41,494 nt of DNA from an uncultured archaeon. GTDB taxonomy: Archaea; Asgardarchaeota; Lokiarchaeia; Sigyniarchaeales; SOKP01. Under the pieces are notes generated by a model. The model ran no database searches. It was given only the letters and a program-made list of their open reading frames with translations, and had not been told where the DNA came from. The position numbers and the translations under genes are program-made. Location: the NCBI GenBank assembly GCA_964486045.1, contig CAZALK010000025.1, positions 1 through 41,494 on the forward strand, read 5' to 3'. This document shows, one piece after another, positions 11,027-22,054 of this stretch. Position 1 is the stretch's first letter. Every line of letters begins with the position of its first letter.

Positions 11027-13318
11027 TTAATAGCTATCTCTTTTCTTTTCTATCTCCCCCAAAACCGTTTGAAGGATTGGACGTCCATGTACTCTACGTT
11101 TTGACATGGTTTCATATAAAGTATCTTGAGTCTTTATTGCTTCTTCTCTAGCACCTTGTTTTACTAGCCAATCACTAAACACATCAACATGCCGTTTAAA
11201 ACTAATATGCCCAAATGATTCAACAGCGATTTCTGGTTTATTAATTAAGGCTGTAGATAAATAATTCTGAGCTTCTTTGGTTTGGGCTGGATTAATCTCT
11301 ATGTTATATAATTGTCCTCTTTTATTATTATTTCTAACCAGTAATTTATAATTACGTGCCACCGTATTACCAAGGATAAAATTAGCGTGAAGGGCTACTC
11401 GTCTTTCCGGTAATTTCTCTATAATTGCATTTAGAGTTTTGTTTCCATTGGTGAAAAATTGACTGCCTTTAAATGCAAAAATGCGACCGATATCTTCCGA
11501 AAAGAAATCTTGAGCAATTAATTCTTCTTTGTAGTTGTGTGCTGGTGTTATACGTAATTTTAGCGGATTTGAGACGATATCATTTCCATCTACTTTAGTG
11601 GCAAGATTGATTGTATAATCCCCTGGTAGGGATATGTCCCAACCGTTCCGTCCAGCAGAGACACTAAATACCTCGTATAATGATTCACCAGGTTGTAACA
11701 CTATCTTCTTTTGCTCCCATAAATATCTAGCATAAGGATAAAATTGCCGTGCAGGCTTCCCTTCTGGTTTAAGAACTACAATTAAAGAATCAGACATAGA
11801 TAACATATGTTCGTCAACTAATTGAGGTTGAGTAGAAATGTTAGTAAGCTTTAACTCCAAATTTACTGGTTCCAAATATTCAAAAACTGTATTCTCTCTG
11901 TTAACTCTTATCTCTAACTTATATAATGGCTCGTAAAATGGTTTAAATCCTTGGAATCCATGATCATCAAACCAATCAGCATTTCCTGGCTGTATAAATC
12001 GGGTTGGAGTATGGCGTAAAAATAGTAATTCTCCATCGCTAAATCGAAACTCAAAGTCGGAGAAAAACGCTGCTTGTCCACCTGTAACTAAGGATGGATA
12101 ATTCATAAAACTACGCGCTTGTGGTTCATTAACGAGAGGAATCCAGCCTGTGTCCCATGATTTCTGCCAAGAATGTGCTAGGTTAAATGCATGTCCCATC
12201 TCATGACAAGCAGTCCAGAAAAGGTTTCGTTCAACCCAAGCTACTGGATCTGCGTCTCCTACAGGTGCATTAGATATAAATGAATCATTAAATATGGCTG
12301 TTCCTTGACGATGATTAGGGCCGATGTCATCAAACATAATCCCTCCAAGGCCCGTTCCCATTTCATGAAGGGAAGCAAAAAATACCCAAATCGCCCATTG
12401 ACCTTGAGATGAAAAATGAGACCAATAAGTTTGCATGGCATCATGCATTTCTTGGTTACTCCATTCTGCATCGATACCTGCACCCATAATCGGAACTACA
12501 TCACCAGATGTTGTCGTGACATCAAATCCTGCGCGTCTATAGACAGTTTCAATTGTCAAATCTTCGCAGCGTATATTATTTGGTCGATTAGGATGTGTGC
12601 ACGTATTATAAGAAGTTGTTGCAGATTCACCGGTAGCACTATCGAACTCAAAATCAACACCATGAAAATATTTAGATAGAAACTTATATGTCCGTGAAAA
12701 AGTAGTTCCACCCCCACCTGTAAAAGTTATAGTCAGGGTACGTTGGGTAGGAAAGAGCCCATAATTGACAGTAATATCAACATGGGTATAAGGAAATAAG
12801 TTAACATCTCCGTCTTTATACCAAATATCTCCATCCCAACCAGTGGGATTTGTTCTCAAGTTAGCAATCCAATGGACTGAGTATTTAAAACCTATTTTTA
12901 TTCCACTTACCACCATTTGTGGATAATCCCCATCAACATCCAGTCGAATTTCTTCTCTTATAAAAAAAATAGGAATCGGTTGAGGTATAGGTTGGGGGAA
13001 TGGTTGAGGAATTGGTTGTGGTATAGGTTGGGGGAATGGGTAAGGAATAGGCTGTGGTGTAGGTATTGGATTAGGAAATGGTGAGGGTTGAGGTATGGGT
13101 GGAATTCGAGGTAAAAAGCGATTTAACGGCTGAATTGGTTGAATAGGTTGATCTAGAATCTTTAAATAACTATATTTATAAAGTCCACTTACAGAAGGAA
13201 AGCACAACAATGTGTAAGCGAGAGGTCCTTTAAGTACTAAAGAATCTTTTGCTTGTTCAGTAAGGTTTTTTTTTTTATTTTCTTGAATGATTTGTTCTTG
13301 CTTATTTAATTCTTTCAC
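11027..13318 (-). CDS. Zinc metalloprotease (metzincin-like) with N-terminal Pro-rich repeat
   Basis: HEMGHAFNLAH (HExxHxxxxxH) followed by the Met-turn SFMNY; PQPIP/PQPFP repeats; Ig-like and helical C-terminal regions. Confidence 0.85.
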   Translation of the reverse strand: MKELNKQEQIIQENKKKNLTEQAKDSLVLKGPLAYTLLCFPSVSGLYKYSYLKILDQPIQPIQPLNRFLPRIPPIPQPSPFPNPIPTPQPIPYPFPQPIPQPIPQPFPQPIPQPIPIFFIREEIRLDVDGDYPQMVVSGIKIGFKYSVHWIANLRTNPTGWDGDIWYKDGDVNLFPYTHVDITVNYGLFPTQRTLTITFTGGGGTTFSRTYKFLSKYFHGVDFEFDSATGESATTSYNTCTHPNRPNNIRCEDLTIETVYRRAGFDVTTTSGDVVPIMGAGIDAEWSNQEMHDAMQTYWSHFSSQGQWAIWVFFASLHEMGTGLGGIMFDDIGPNHRQGTAIFNDSFISNAPVGDADPVAWVERNLFWTACHEMGHAFNLAHSWQKSWDTGWIPLVNEPQARSFMNYPSLVTGGQAAFFSDFEFRFSDGELLFLRHTPTRFIQPGNADWFDDHGFQGFKPFYEPLYKLEIRVNRENTVFEYLEPVNLELKLTNISTQPQLVDEHMLSMSDSLIVVLKPEGKPARQFYPYARYLWEQKKIVLQPGESLYEVFSVSAGRNGWDISLPGDYTINLATKVDGNDIVSNPLKLRITPAHNYKEELIAQDFFSEDIGRIFAFKGSQFFTNGNKTLNAIIEKLPERRVALHANFILGNTVARNYKLLVRNNNKRGQLYNIEINPAQTKEAQNYLSTALINKPEIAVESFGHISFKRHVDVFSDWLVKQGAREEAIKTQDTLYETMSKRRVHGRPILQTVLGEIEKKRDSY
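12970..13150 (-). repeat. Tetrapeptide PQPI/PQPF tandem repeat (coding)
   Basis: Degenerate 12-nt periodic repeats; GGTATAGGTTGGGGGAATGG occurs twice. Confidence 0.8.
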
Positions 13319-13680
13319 TCTTTTTTCGCCTTCTTTTGCTGTGTAAAATAATTCAATCTCTTTTCCTTAACTACTCTCTTTCTCTTTGATCCTTGAAAGA
13401 TATAGCTAACTTTTCGATTATGAATCTATTTTTGGATTATAGCAATATAATAAGATTATGAAGTATTATATAAATCTTACCTTTTTGTCTAAGTTACATT
13501 TTATTTAAATAATTTTGATTCTTAATTACGAATAGGACTAATCCAAAAAGTTAGAATTTTATCAGATAAGGTAAAAGTGATAATTTCAAAATTCTTAAAG
13601 ATATTTTTGTTAAAATTACATAATACGGATAGAAGACTAATATTAAATTTGAGAACACTAAAAATGAGGATAGAGGAAGA

Positions 13681-14085
13681 ATGGGAGAAGGGAATATAGA
13701 TAGGATAAAAGATCATGTGTTTGCTACAGTTTTTCTCCATTCTAAAAGAGAGAATTCTTCTTTAGAGAAACAGCGAAAGGAAACAAAGGATGAATATGGC
13801 TTAAAGTATAACCCCGAAGTTTATAAGATGGTAAGAACAGAGCTTGAAAAGATTGGATTTAACATAGTCTCACAGGGTGACCTTAACTTTACAATTCATT
13901 CAACGAGAAATCACTTTGAGGAGGTTTTTGGAATTAAATTAGATCAAAAAGAATTTCCAATGTTTAAAGGGAAAGATCAACCAACTGTAAAATTTTATGT
14001 TACAGAAAAAGTCATCAAAATACCTGATAATCTGAAGTATTTAGTTGAACGAATAGCTTTACCTAAACCTTACTATTATTTATAA
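13681..14085 (+). CDS. Stand-alone protease propeptide-like protein (sedolisin/subtilase prodomain-like)
   Basis: V..ELEKIGFNIV......TI......FEEVFG.KL...IPDNLK.LVERIAL resembles S53/S8 activation domains; no catalytic domain follows. Confidence 0.5.
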   Translation: MGEGNIDRIKDHVFATVFLHSKRENSSLEKQRKETKDEYGLKYNPEVYKMVRTELEKIGFNIVSQGDLNFTIHSTRNHFEEVFGIKLDQKEFPMFKGKDQPTVKFYVTEKVIKIPDNLKYLVERIALPKPYYYL

Positions 14086-14559
14086 TCAAACATTTTTTCG
14101 TTTCAGAAGATAATATTGCTATAATTGCCCAAAGAGATTATTGATTTATTAAGAAAATTGTCTCTTAATATGTCTTATCAACAAGTACATGAAGTTCTTT
14201 AGCCCCATACTTCTTATCGATGATTATCCTATGATGTCCATCATCTTGCACATAATGATATTACCTTAGGAAATAACAAGGAAAAAGTAAAATTCAATTA
14301 ATGTCTTCAATGAATTTTGAATTTCACATTTTTATTTGCAGTCATTTCTTTAATACATTCAACTAATAATTGAATGGATTCTAGTTATGGACTCGCATAA
14401 CAATATGTAAACTTTTTCTAATTGAAAGAACGACCAGTCATTCATAGGATGCGGAAAGGCAATACTTTAAATATCAAAATGTATGTTTTAGCTATGACCA
14501 GTAATAAATCCAATTATATCATAAAAAAAATCAATTTAGATTTAGGAGAGGAGGAAATC

Positions 14560-15780
14560 ATGAGAGGTTTAGAGATAGAATTTAACCCTAATGCGATGGC
14601 TTTGGTTCTCTCAGACGTGCACTTGGGTGCTTTACATACAAAAAAGTCATTCTTTGACTTATTTTTATCGAGTTTATGTTATAGTCTTGAAAAAGAGAAG
14701 TTAAAGAATTTAAAAGCCTTAATTATTCTTGGTGACTGCTTTGATTTAATCATGGATACCCATCAAGATCTTTTACAATTTGGGGTATATCAAAATATTT
14801 TAGATAAGTTTAATCAATTACATGAAAATCCCGATTTTAATTTAGTTTTTGCTCTTGGAAATCACGAAGTTCCGGTTGTAGATAATTATGATAACAATTT
14901 TTTTACTAATAAGGACAAGATGTTGAAAAAGTTCGATACCATGCAAGATGAGATGGGTCTGAATTATTCATTTTTCAAAAATGATATTTTTACTCAGTAC
15001 GTTTTGCTACAACCAGAAGAATATGGAAAATCAGAGCCGTTAATTAAATTATTCGATACAAGACAAGATATAGTGAAAGACAAAGCAGTAAATACACTTC
15101 CTCTTGGTGTAAAAACTCAATCAACAGAATTTAATAATTATTTTATGGCACATGGTTATCAATTTGATCCAGGTTTAGCTGGTTTTGCACGAATATGGAA
15201 TTTAGGATTGATGGGCTCGATTAGCTTTATAAAACAGATTGGGGACAGAATCTGGAATGGATTTATCAGAAAAATTTATAAAAGGGGAAAAAAGCTTGTT
15301 TACTTTGCTCAAGATAAAATTGACCAGATGGTTAAAAAGATAACAGACAAATATATTAAAAAGAAAAACTTAAACACGGCACAAAAGCAAGAGGTCCATG
15401 AAAATGTTAATATAAAGTGTAAATCTGAAAATCACAGAGAAGCAATTAGAGAGAATGAGGAAAGCATCAAAAAAATTGTAGAGTTCCTCCCTGATTTAAT
15501 TAGTATGGGTTATGATGTTCCAATTAACCATGTTATTTATGGGCACACACATGACACGTTAAGACCGGTTGAAAAATGGTTTTCTAGGGAAGTACAGCCA
15601 AGTATAAACCAATTCCAAGTTGACATTGAATCTGAAGAACGTAAATTCTCAATCAGCAACACAGGAGCATGGCAACATGTCGAGAAACCAAGTTTTATTG
15701 AAATTCATACTGATTGGAAAGTTAACACACAAGAAATTCCAACAAAGATTCAAAAAGTTGAGAAAATAATTGAACGCTAA
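14560..15780 (+). CDS. Calcineurin-like metallophosphoesterase (LpxH-like)
   Basis: SDVHLG, LGDCFD, GNHE, HGY and GHTH motifs. Start placed at the ATG after GGAGAGGAGG; the ORF track starts at 14422. Confidence 0.85.
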   Translation: MRGLEIEFNPNAMALVLSDVHLGALHTKKSFFDLFLSSLCYSLEKEKLKNLKALIILGDCFDLIMDTHQDLLQFGVYQNILDKFNQLHENPDFNLVFALGNHEVPVVDNYDNNFFTNKDKMLKKFDTMQDEMGLNYSFFKNDIFTQYVLLQPEEYGKSEPLIKLFDTRQDIVKDKAVNTLPLGVKTQSTEFNNYFMAHGYQFDPGLAGFARIWNLGLMGSISFIKQIGDRIWNGFIRKIYKRGKKLVYFAQDKIDQMVKKITDKYIKKKNLNTAQKQEVHENVNIKCKSENHREAIRENEESIKKIVEFLPDLISMGYDVPINHVIYGHTHDTLRPVEKWFSREVQPSINQFQVDIESEERKFSISNTGAWQHVEKPSFIEIHTDWKVNTQEIPTKIQKVEKIIER

Positions 15781-15811
15781 TTATTATTTTTTTCCAATTT
15801 AGTGATGCAAA

Positions 15812-16447
15812 TCATTTTAATACAGCTTCTTCTTTACTCATTAATGAATGTACTATAGTAGAAAAAATCCAGACCAATATCAATATTGTTAATATCCATT
15901 CAACAATTGCTAATCTTAAAACAAGGAGCAATCCAAAGAATATTACCACTAGAACACCTAAAAAATGGATAAATAGATTATACTCTTTTTTTAACCGCAT
16001 TGAAATACTAAAAAGTACAATATAAGCCGAAGTACCCCCAAAACTAATAAATGCCATGATATTGTGAAACACAGCAAATTCTAAGGGGAAGTTCTTATCC
16101 GGAATTACCCCAATTAATCCTATAGCCATACAAGACACTATCGATACCGCAGTTGCTATTCTTCTATAATTCTCTCCATTAGCTACTAATTTTAATGATT
16201 TCTCTAATTTTATGTAGAAGGGAATACATAACGAACCAGCAATTATAAAACCAATACTAAATAGAGTTTTACCTTCTTCATCTGCTAATGAACTTACAGT
16301 TCTAAAAACGGGATTAAAATCTCCATCATGAATAATAGCCCCTATTAGAAAAACTATCCATATTATTACTCCTGCTAAACCAAAAATATATTCCATCTTA
16401 TTTTTTAATTTGATTTTTAATTTATTTATCAATTTCATTTTTATCAA
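15812..16447 (-). CDS. Multi-pass membrane protein (DUF998/Frag1-DRAM-like)
   Basis: About 6 TM helices; TVSSLA...FSIGFIIAG and FHNIMAFISF; C-terminal EW motif. Confidence 0.65.
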   Translation of the reverse strand: MIKMKLINKLKIKLKNKMEYIFGLAGVIIWIVFLIGAIIHDGDFNPVFRTVSSLADEEGKTLFSIGFIIAGSLCIPFYIKLEKSLKLVANGENYRRIATAVSIVSCMAIGLIGVIPDKNFPLEFAVFHNIMAFISFGGTSAYIVLFSISMRLKKEYNLFIHFLGVLVVIFFGLLLVLRLAIVEWILTILILVWIFSTIVHSLMSKEEAVLK

Positions 16448-17048
16448 CTCCTATTCATTTTAAATATTAAATTATATTGTAAGGACATGTAATTACCATT
16501 TGAATCATCAGATCTATAAAGGACATTTAAAAGGTGATTTCAATTACAAGTATTTTTATTACATTCGGTCTGATTTAAATCATTGCATTAAGGATAATTA
16601 TAGCAGGCTCTCATTGATAAGTTAATCCTACAATTCTGATAAATTTCGCCCAGACATTTTTAACGATAAAGAAGACATTTTCATATTTAAATTTGTGTAA
16701 ACCATTTATCATTTTAATTAAATCATCATTATCTAAATTACTACTCATTCTGTGGATTTTCAAACCAATTTGAAGTCTGTATAAAGCAAAAATCTGAGAA
16801 TGCTAACTAATTGATATCCTAATAAAAAAAACTTCTCCTACAATTGAAAAGGTATTAGGAGAATATTTAGAAGGAATTCCAGAAGATTTTATTAATGATA
16901 TATCCAGGGAATTAAGGAATAAGATTCATGATAAAATTTGCGAATTTAATTTTAACCTGGATTAACTAGAACAAATGTTTTTCTTAACAAAAAAATTGGG
17001 TTTTAAATGTGTAATTATTAACATTTTCTTATCATTAACTAAAAATTC

Positions 17049-17578
17049 TTAAATTGTGTTAATACCACTCCGAATCTGCATATTTATGGATTCCAAAGGT
17101 AGGATCTCATCTTTATTTATATAAATTTCATTTACTTTTTTAAAAAATTCCTCAAATGCCTTCTTGTCGTCTAATAAAATTCTATCACGTTCAATTTTAT
17201 GAAATATCATTCCAATTCTTTTGAAATGAAGTATTGGTATTATAGGATATTCAACATCTCGAAGAAGTATTATAGCATATAATTGTTTTGCCCCTCTAGC
17301 AGATAAATCCTCTATTTCGATCTTATAGATTTGAGCGTAAAATAGATTAAAGTCCAATATTACAAATTGATTTTTAGTATTTAATGCATCTCTTAGAAGA
17401 TTTCTTACAAATTTTTCATTTTTAAGGGGTAAGGAGAAAATAATGCTCTTGGTCCTAATATATGATCATATTTTCCGATGATTATAATAAAAGGATAATT
17501 TTCTAAAGCTTGTTTAAAAGTAGGAGTAATATCAAGATCCTCATTATTAGGATTATTCTTAATTTGATTATTTTGCAT
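17049..17578 (-). CDS. Longin/uDENN (folliculin-N-like) protein, frameshifted at the T5 run 17419-17423
   Basis: Manual translation from ATG 17578: ...FIIIIGKYDHILGPRALFSP.../NEKFVRNLLRDAL...FYAQIYKIEIEDLSARGAKQLYAIILL. Adding one base gives 176 aa. The xDxxxGP and DxxARG...Y motifs resemble folliculin/SMCR8-type longin domains. Confidence 0.6.
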
Positions 17579-17800
17579 AATTCCTTTTATTGTTTTATTC
17601 TCCCCGAACTTAAAATATTAATTAATCTTAATAGTAAAATTAAAATTTTTGTCAGAAATTCTTACGACATAAACTAATCTTTAAATAAATTAGAAAAGAA
17701 ATTGTATTTAATTTTAACTTTTTTGTAATACGATTCGTATTAAATATAAAAAAATATGATTTATGTACAAATTTATAAAAGTGAAGAATATTAATAATTT

Positions 17801-19284
17801 ATGCCTGAATCAGCAAATACAATTATCAAGTATTTCTGTGATCGTTTTTTAGATATTGATTATTATCCATCTAGTTTAAAGGTTATTTTAGATCTTGAAT
17901 TAAAAATAATAAAGAATATTAAAAAAGCAGATTTACAGAAATTCCAGAAATTTAACATAACAAGTTTTCGAGATCTTTGTAATTTAGAGCAGTCCGATTA
18001 TGAAAAGTTAATAAATCATTCATTTATAGAAAAAACTATATTAACTAATACGATAATAGCAGCAACTTTAATTGCTAATGCATGGAATAAGAGAAATATC
18101 TATTTAAAGAAACCAAAAATGAAAGTTGTTGTGGTTGGTCTTGATTTTGCTGGTAAAACATCTTTAATTAATAGATTGATACATGATTATAATTACAATG
18201 ATATGATTAATATTGAGCCTACAATAGGGGCAAATATTGAAGAATATCAATCAAAATGGCTGAATTTAATTTTATGGGATTTAGGTGGTCAAAAGGATAA
18301 TATTAATGAATATGTAGAATCTCCTGAAAAATTTTTCGTACAGTTAGATGTTCTAATTTTTGTTATTGATTCCCAAGATGACATTAGATATAATGAAGCT
18401 GCTCAATATCTAAGAGATTTGACTGAAATACTCATATTTTTAAATGAGAACCCTTATATCGTTGTTTTGTTAAATAAAGTAGATTCTGACATAGTAGATG
18501 ATCCTGATTTTCAAATTAAACTTGAATATTTAATGGATAAAATATCTAATATTTTTGATAAAAGTCAAAAAACCTGGAATTTTGAGCTCATTCCTACCAG
18601 TGTCTACAATTTCTACTCCACAGAGCCTGAAATTACAAAAAGCATTAAAAGAATTTTTTCAAAAGAAAAATCAGAAAGAAAATTGGATACATTACAAGAT
18701 ATTGAGAAGAAACTTGAAAAAATTTTAAATATAAATCTAAAATTAATGGATAAAGTAGTTTCTGAACTTTCTGAAATAAAGCGAGTTTTATTTAGATTCA
18801 CACCTTCTGATATCTCTCATTCACTTTTTCCCATTCCTTTTGAGAACGTTCCTATCGAATACAAGGCGGTTGGTCAAGGATCAAATCAAAGAGAAGAGAA
18901 GAAAAAGAAAAAAGCTAAAATTAATAAATCAAAAAAAAAAAGAGAACCAAAAAATGTTATTGGATCCCCAAAACGGATAAAATCTATCTCACCACCAATA
19001 GAAGTTGAACAAAAAATAAAAAATAACCAAAAAATCACTGAGGAAAAATTAAAAAAAATTAAAACAGAATTAATCCCAATATCTCAATCATCTAATCTAC
19101 CCTCTACACCTCCAATAGCGCCAAACAAAGCCTATATCAATATAGATTCTCTTAAACCTCCCCCCCCCCTCCTAGAATTACCTCTAATGATGAAGGTTCT
19201 TTAGAAATTACTAGAAGGCATATTATTTCAGAATTAAAGGAATTGTTTGTGAAAAAAGGATTAGTCCCTCATAAAAATCTTTAA
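17801..19284 (+). CDS. Arf-family small GTPase with N-terminal extension, coiled coil and Pro-rich tail; frameshift in the C10 run 19160-19169
   Basis: G1 GLDFAGKTS, G2 EPTIG, G3 WDLGGQ, G4 NKVD. The alternative frame after the poly-C reads PPRITSNDEGSLEITRRHIISELKELFVKKGLVPHKNL*. Confidence 0.88.
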
Positions 19285-19631
19285 ACAAAAATAACTTTCT
19301 ACTTTCTTAGATTAAGATCTATTTTTTTAGTAAGAAAATATGAAACAATAAAGAAATTGATTAAATAGAGTTTTATTTTTGTCAATTTTAATATCAAATT
19401 TTATTCAAATTATTTAAATGAAGTTTGGAATAAATCCCTATAAACTTGAGAACAGATTATAAAATTAAAGGGCGGATATTAGAGCGAAGTATACCAAATC
19501 ATATTTTATACTATTATAAGGAAATCCTTGGAAGTTATAATCTTAATACAACAAACCCTAATGTAAAAATCCTCTGAAGTTGATTGAAAAAAATACCTTA
19601 TGTTTATACCATGTTTTTTGGTCAAATATTA

Positions 19632-19850
19632 TTAATTATTTGATCTTGAAGAGTATTTTTCAATTATATAATTTTGTAGGGAACATGCATATTTTTCTAA
19701 ATTCAAAATCAAAATCTTTTGTTCAACTTGCCTAAGATAAGATACATCCAGTTGCTTAAATAATGATTTCAGGCGATCAATTTTTTCAAAAATTTCAACA
19801 ATTACTTTCCAATCATTTTCCCATTCTATATCCTGATATTCAACCTGCAT
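19632..19850 (-). CDS. Small helical hypothetical protein
   Basis: Clean 72-aa ORF with an amphipathic pattern. Confidence 0.6.
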   Translation of the reverse strand: MQVEYQDIEWENDWKVIVEIFEKIDRLKSLFKQLDVSYLRQVEQKILILNLEKYACSLQNYIIEKYSSRSNN

Positions 19851-20009
19851 TTTTTATTGAAACTCTTTTATAAATTTCTTTATTATTCATATGATTTATC
19901 TAATAAAAGCTAACTCTTATCATAATTAAATAACTAGATTTAAAGTTAAATATCGATTTATGACATTTCTGAAGCATTTCAACATTTTGGACATCGAGTC
20001 ACTCCTAGG

Positions 20010-21779
20010 ATGATGATATCAATTCCAATTGATTCCAGCCCGGATCAAAGGAATTTTAATGAATTACCTTCACCAGATATTAGTGGAAGAAAAAATAGAT
20101 CCTCATCAGAATCAGTGTGGTTAATAAACGTTAGTCATAAATTAAATTTAAAAGAAAAGACTTTATTGATGAAACAGAAAAAGGAAGATACGAATACTGT
20201 TCAACAATCTAATACTCGAAAATCCATTAATTACGATGAATATCTTAAAGTAGTTAACGAAAGAGACGATCTGGTCATGGGATTAACTCCTGATCAGTTT
20301 AAAATTGTTATGAAAAAAAATGATATACTCCCCAAGGGAGATCGTTTACGTAAAAGTCATGTAAAATTACCATGGAAATGTAAAGCTGAAAATCATGAAT
20401 TCATTACATCTTATAGTAAAATTAAAAACATAGGTCAGAAATGTCCAAAATGTCAGAAGACTTCCTATAAAAATTATCTCGAATTGGTCAAAGCAAGACC
20501 AGATTTGATTATTGGGATGACTCCGGATCAATTTAAAAATGCTATGGAAGAAAATGATTTGCTTCCACGGGAAGAACGGGTAATTCCAAGTTATGTAAAA
20601 TTATTATGGAAATGTAAAACGAAAGGAGACACATGGTCTGCTTCATATCATAATGTTAAAGCGGGAACAAAATGTCCGTATTGCTCAGCAACAGCTTCAA
20701 TTACTTATGAGAACTACCTTGAAGTAGTTAAAAAAAGGTCTGACTTGGTTATTGGGTTAAGTAAAGCAGAATTTAACAAGATTATGGTTGATAATAAATG
20801 CCTACCCAAGAATATACGAAAAGCCCCCGCTCATGTACATAATTTAAAATGGAAGTGTAAAGCTGAAAAGCATAAATTCCTTGCATCTTATAGTAAAATT
20901 AAAAATGAAGGTAAAGAATGTCCTGAATGCCGAAAGATTTTATACAAAAATTATCTCGAATTGGTTAACGAAAGACGGGATTTAGTTATTGGGTTAAGTG
21001 AATTAGAATTCAAAGTCGCTATGGATGAAAATGATATGCTTCCACGGGAAGAACGGTTACGCCCAAGTCGAGTTCGATTACCATGGAAATGTAAATTAAA
21101 AAAACATTCATGGTTGGCTCCATATAATAATATTAAAAAAGGTCATGGATGCCCATTCTGTGGTGAACAAGCTAAAGTTATTGGTCTATTAAGTCACCCA
21201 ATAATTGAATATTACAGTTTAAAGTTCCTTATTGACTTAAAAGATTGCCAAGTAAAATACGAGAAAAATGTTACTCAAGAAAGAAAATTTCGTCCAGATC
21301 TCCTTATCGATAGAGACTCTAATTTCAGAATTAACATTGAACAACTACAAAGAATTGTATGGTTTCCCAACAAAATTAGGATAGTAGTGGTAGATATCAC
21401 ATTTGGATTAAATATTGTTGGGATATTAGATAAATGTTACAGACAATATCAGAGCGAAGATAGATATTTATTGATAGTGATGATGCTTGAACAAAATGGT
21501 AGTAATGTAGAGATTATTCAAAAATTAATACAGGAAGCAGATGATATTAACAAAAAAGACCATATCAAGGTAATTAACTTCAAAGAGTATCTAGAATTCT
21601 TAGGGCTTCGAAAGAAGATAGATAATTTTAGCTCTCCCTCTGAAGCAGAAAAAGAAATTGCCACAAGATTTCACCGGGTAGAAAAATTAGCTTTAGACTC
21701 TTTTGAATCTGAAACAGAATTTAAAAAATTAATAAAAGCTGGTAAACGTCATTCTGATTTAATTAGCAAATATAAATAG
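20010..21779 (+). CDS. Four zinc-ribbon repeats fused to a PD-(D/E)XK-like nuclease domain
   Basis: Four ~78-aa units ending WKC..xH.W/F...Y..IK.G..CP.C; C-terminal YEKNV...FRPDLLID...VVVDIT. Confidence 0.75.
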   Translation: MMISIPIDSSPDQRNFNELPSPDISGRKNRSSSESVWLINVSHKLNLKEKTLLMKQKKEDTNTVQQSNTRKSINYDEYLKVVNERDDLVMGLTPDQFKIVMKKNDILPKGDRLRKSHVKLPWKCKAENHEFITSYSKIKNIGQKCPKCQKTSYKNYLELVKARPDLIIGMTPDQFKNAMEENDLLPREERVIPSYVKLLWKCKTKGDTWSASYHNVKAGTKCPYCSATASITYENYLEVVKKRSDLVIGLSKAEFNKIMVDNKCLPKNIRKAPAHVHNLKWKCKAEKHKFLASYSKIKNEGKECPECRKILYKNYLELVNERRDLVIGLSELEFKVAMDENDMLPREERLRPSRVRLPWKCKLKKHSWLAPYNNIKKGHGCPFCGEQAKVIGLLSHPIIEYYSLKFLIDLKDCQVKYEKNVTQERKFRPDLLIDRDSNFRINIEQLQRIVWFPNKIRIVVVDITFGLNIVGILDKCYRQYQSEDRYLLIVMMLEQNGSNVEIIQKLIQEADDINKKDHIKVINFKEYLEFLGLRKKIDNFSSPSEAEKEIATRFHRVEKLALDSFESETEFKKLIKAGKRHSDLISKYK

Positions 21780-21799
21780 TATATAATAAAAAAAGATTT

Positions 21800-21993
21800 A
21801 TAATCAGACAAGAGAAATACTCAAGGGTGCAACACCAAGCGAACGCTTTAATAAATAAGTAATTAATAGTTTGACTGAAGAAATTCTTTTTCAAAAGGGT
21901 CAGTATTGGTCTAAAGAGTACCAGAAAGAGCCAAGTTGGGTAAACCCCCACCTTGAAGCAATTTTTCCTAAAGAAAAGAGAAATATTGAATAA
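21800..21993 (+). pseudogene. Gene remnant with an in-frame stop
   Basis: Translates as NQTREILKGATPSERFNK*VINSLTEEILFQKGQYWSKEYQKEPSWVNPHLEAIFPKEKRNIE*. Confidence 0.35.
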
Positions 21994-22054
21994 TGCACTT
22001 TTGGTAAACATTTTTTAGGTATTTTTTTTTCCAGTGAAACTTTATATTTTCTTA

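Noticed and set aside
21800-21995. CTGAAGA...GAAA hammerhead-like motif in GC-richer intergenic DNA
   Set aside because: The stems do not fit the hammerhead core, and the region translates as a gene remnant.
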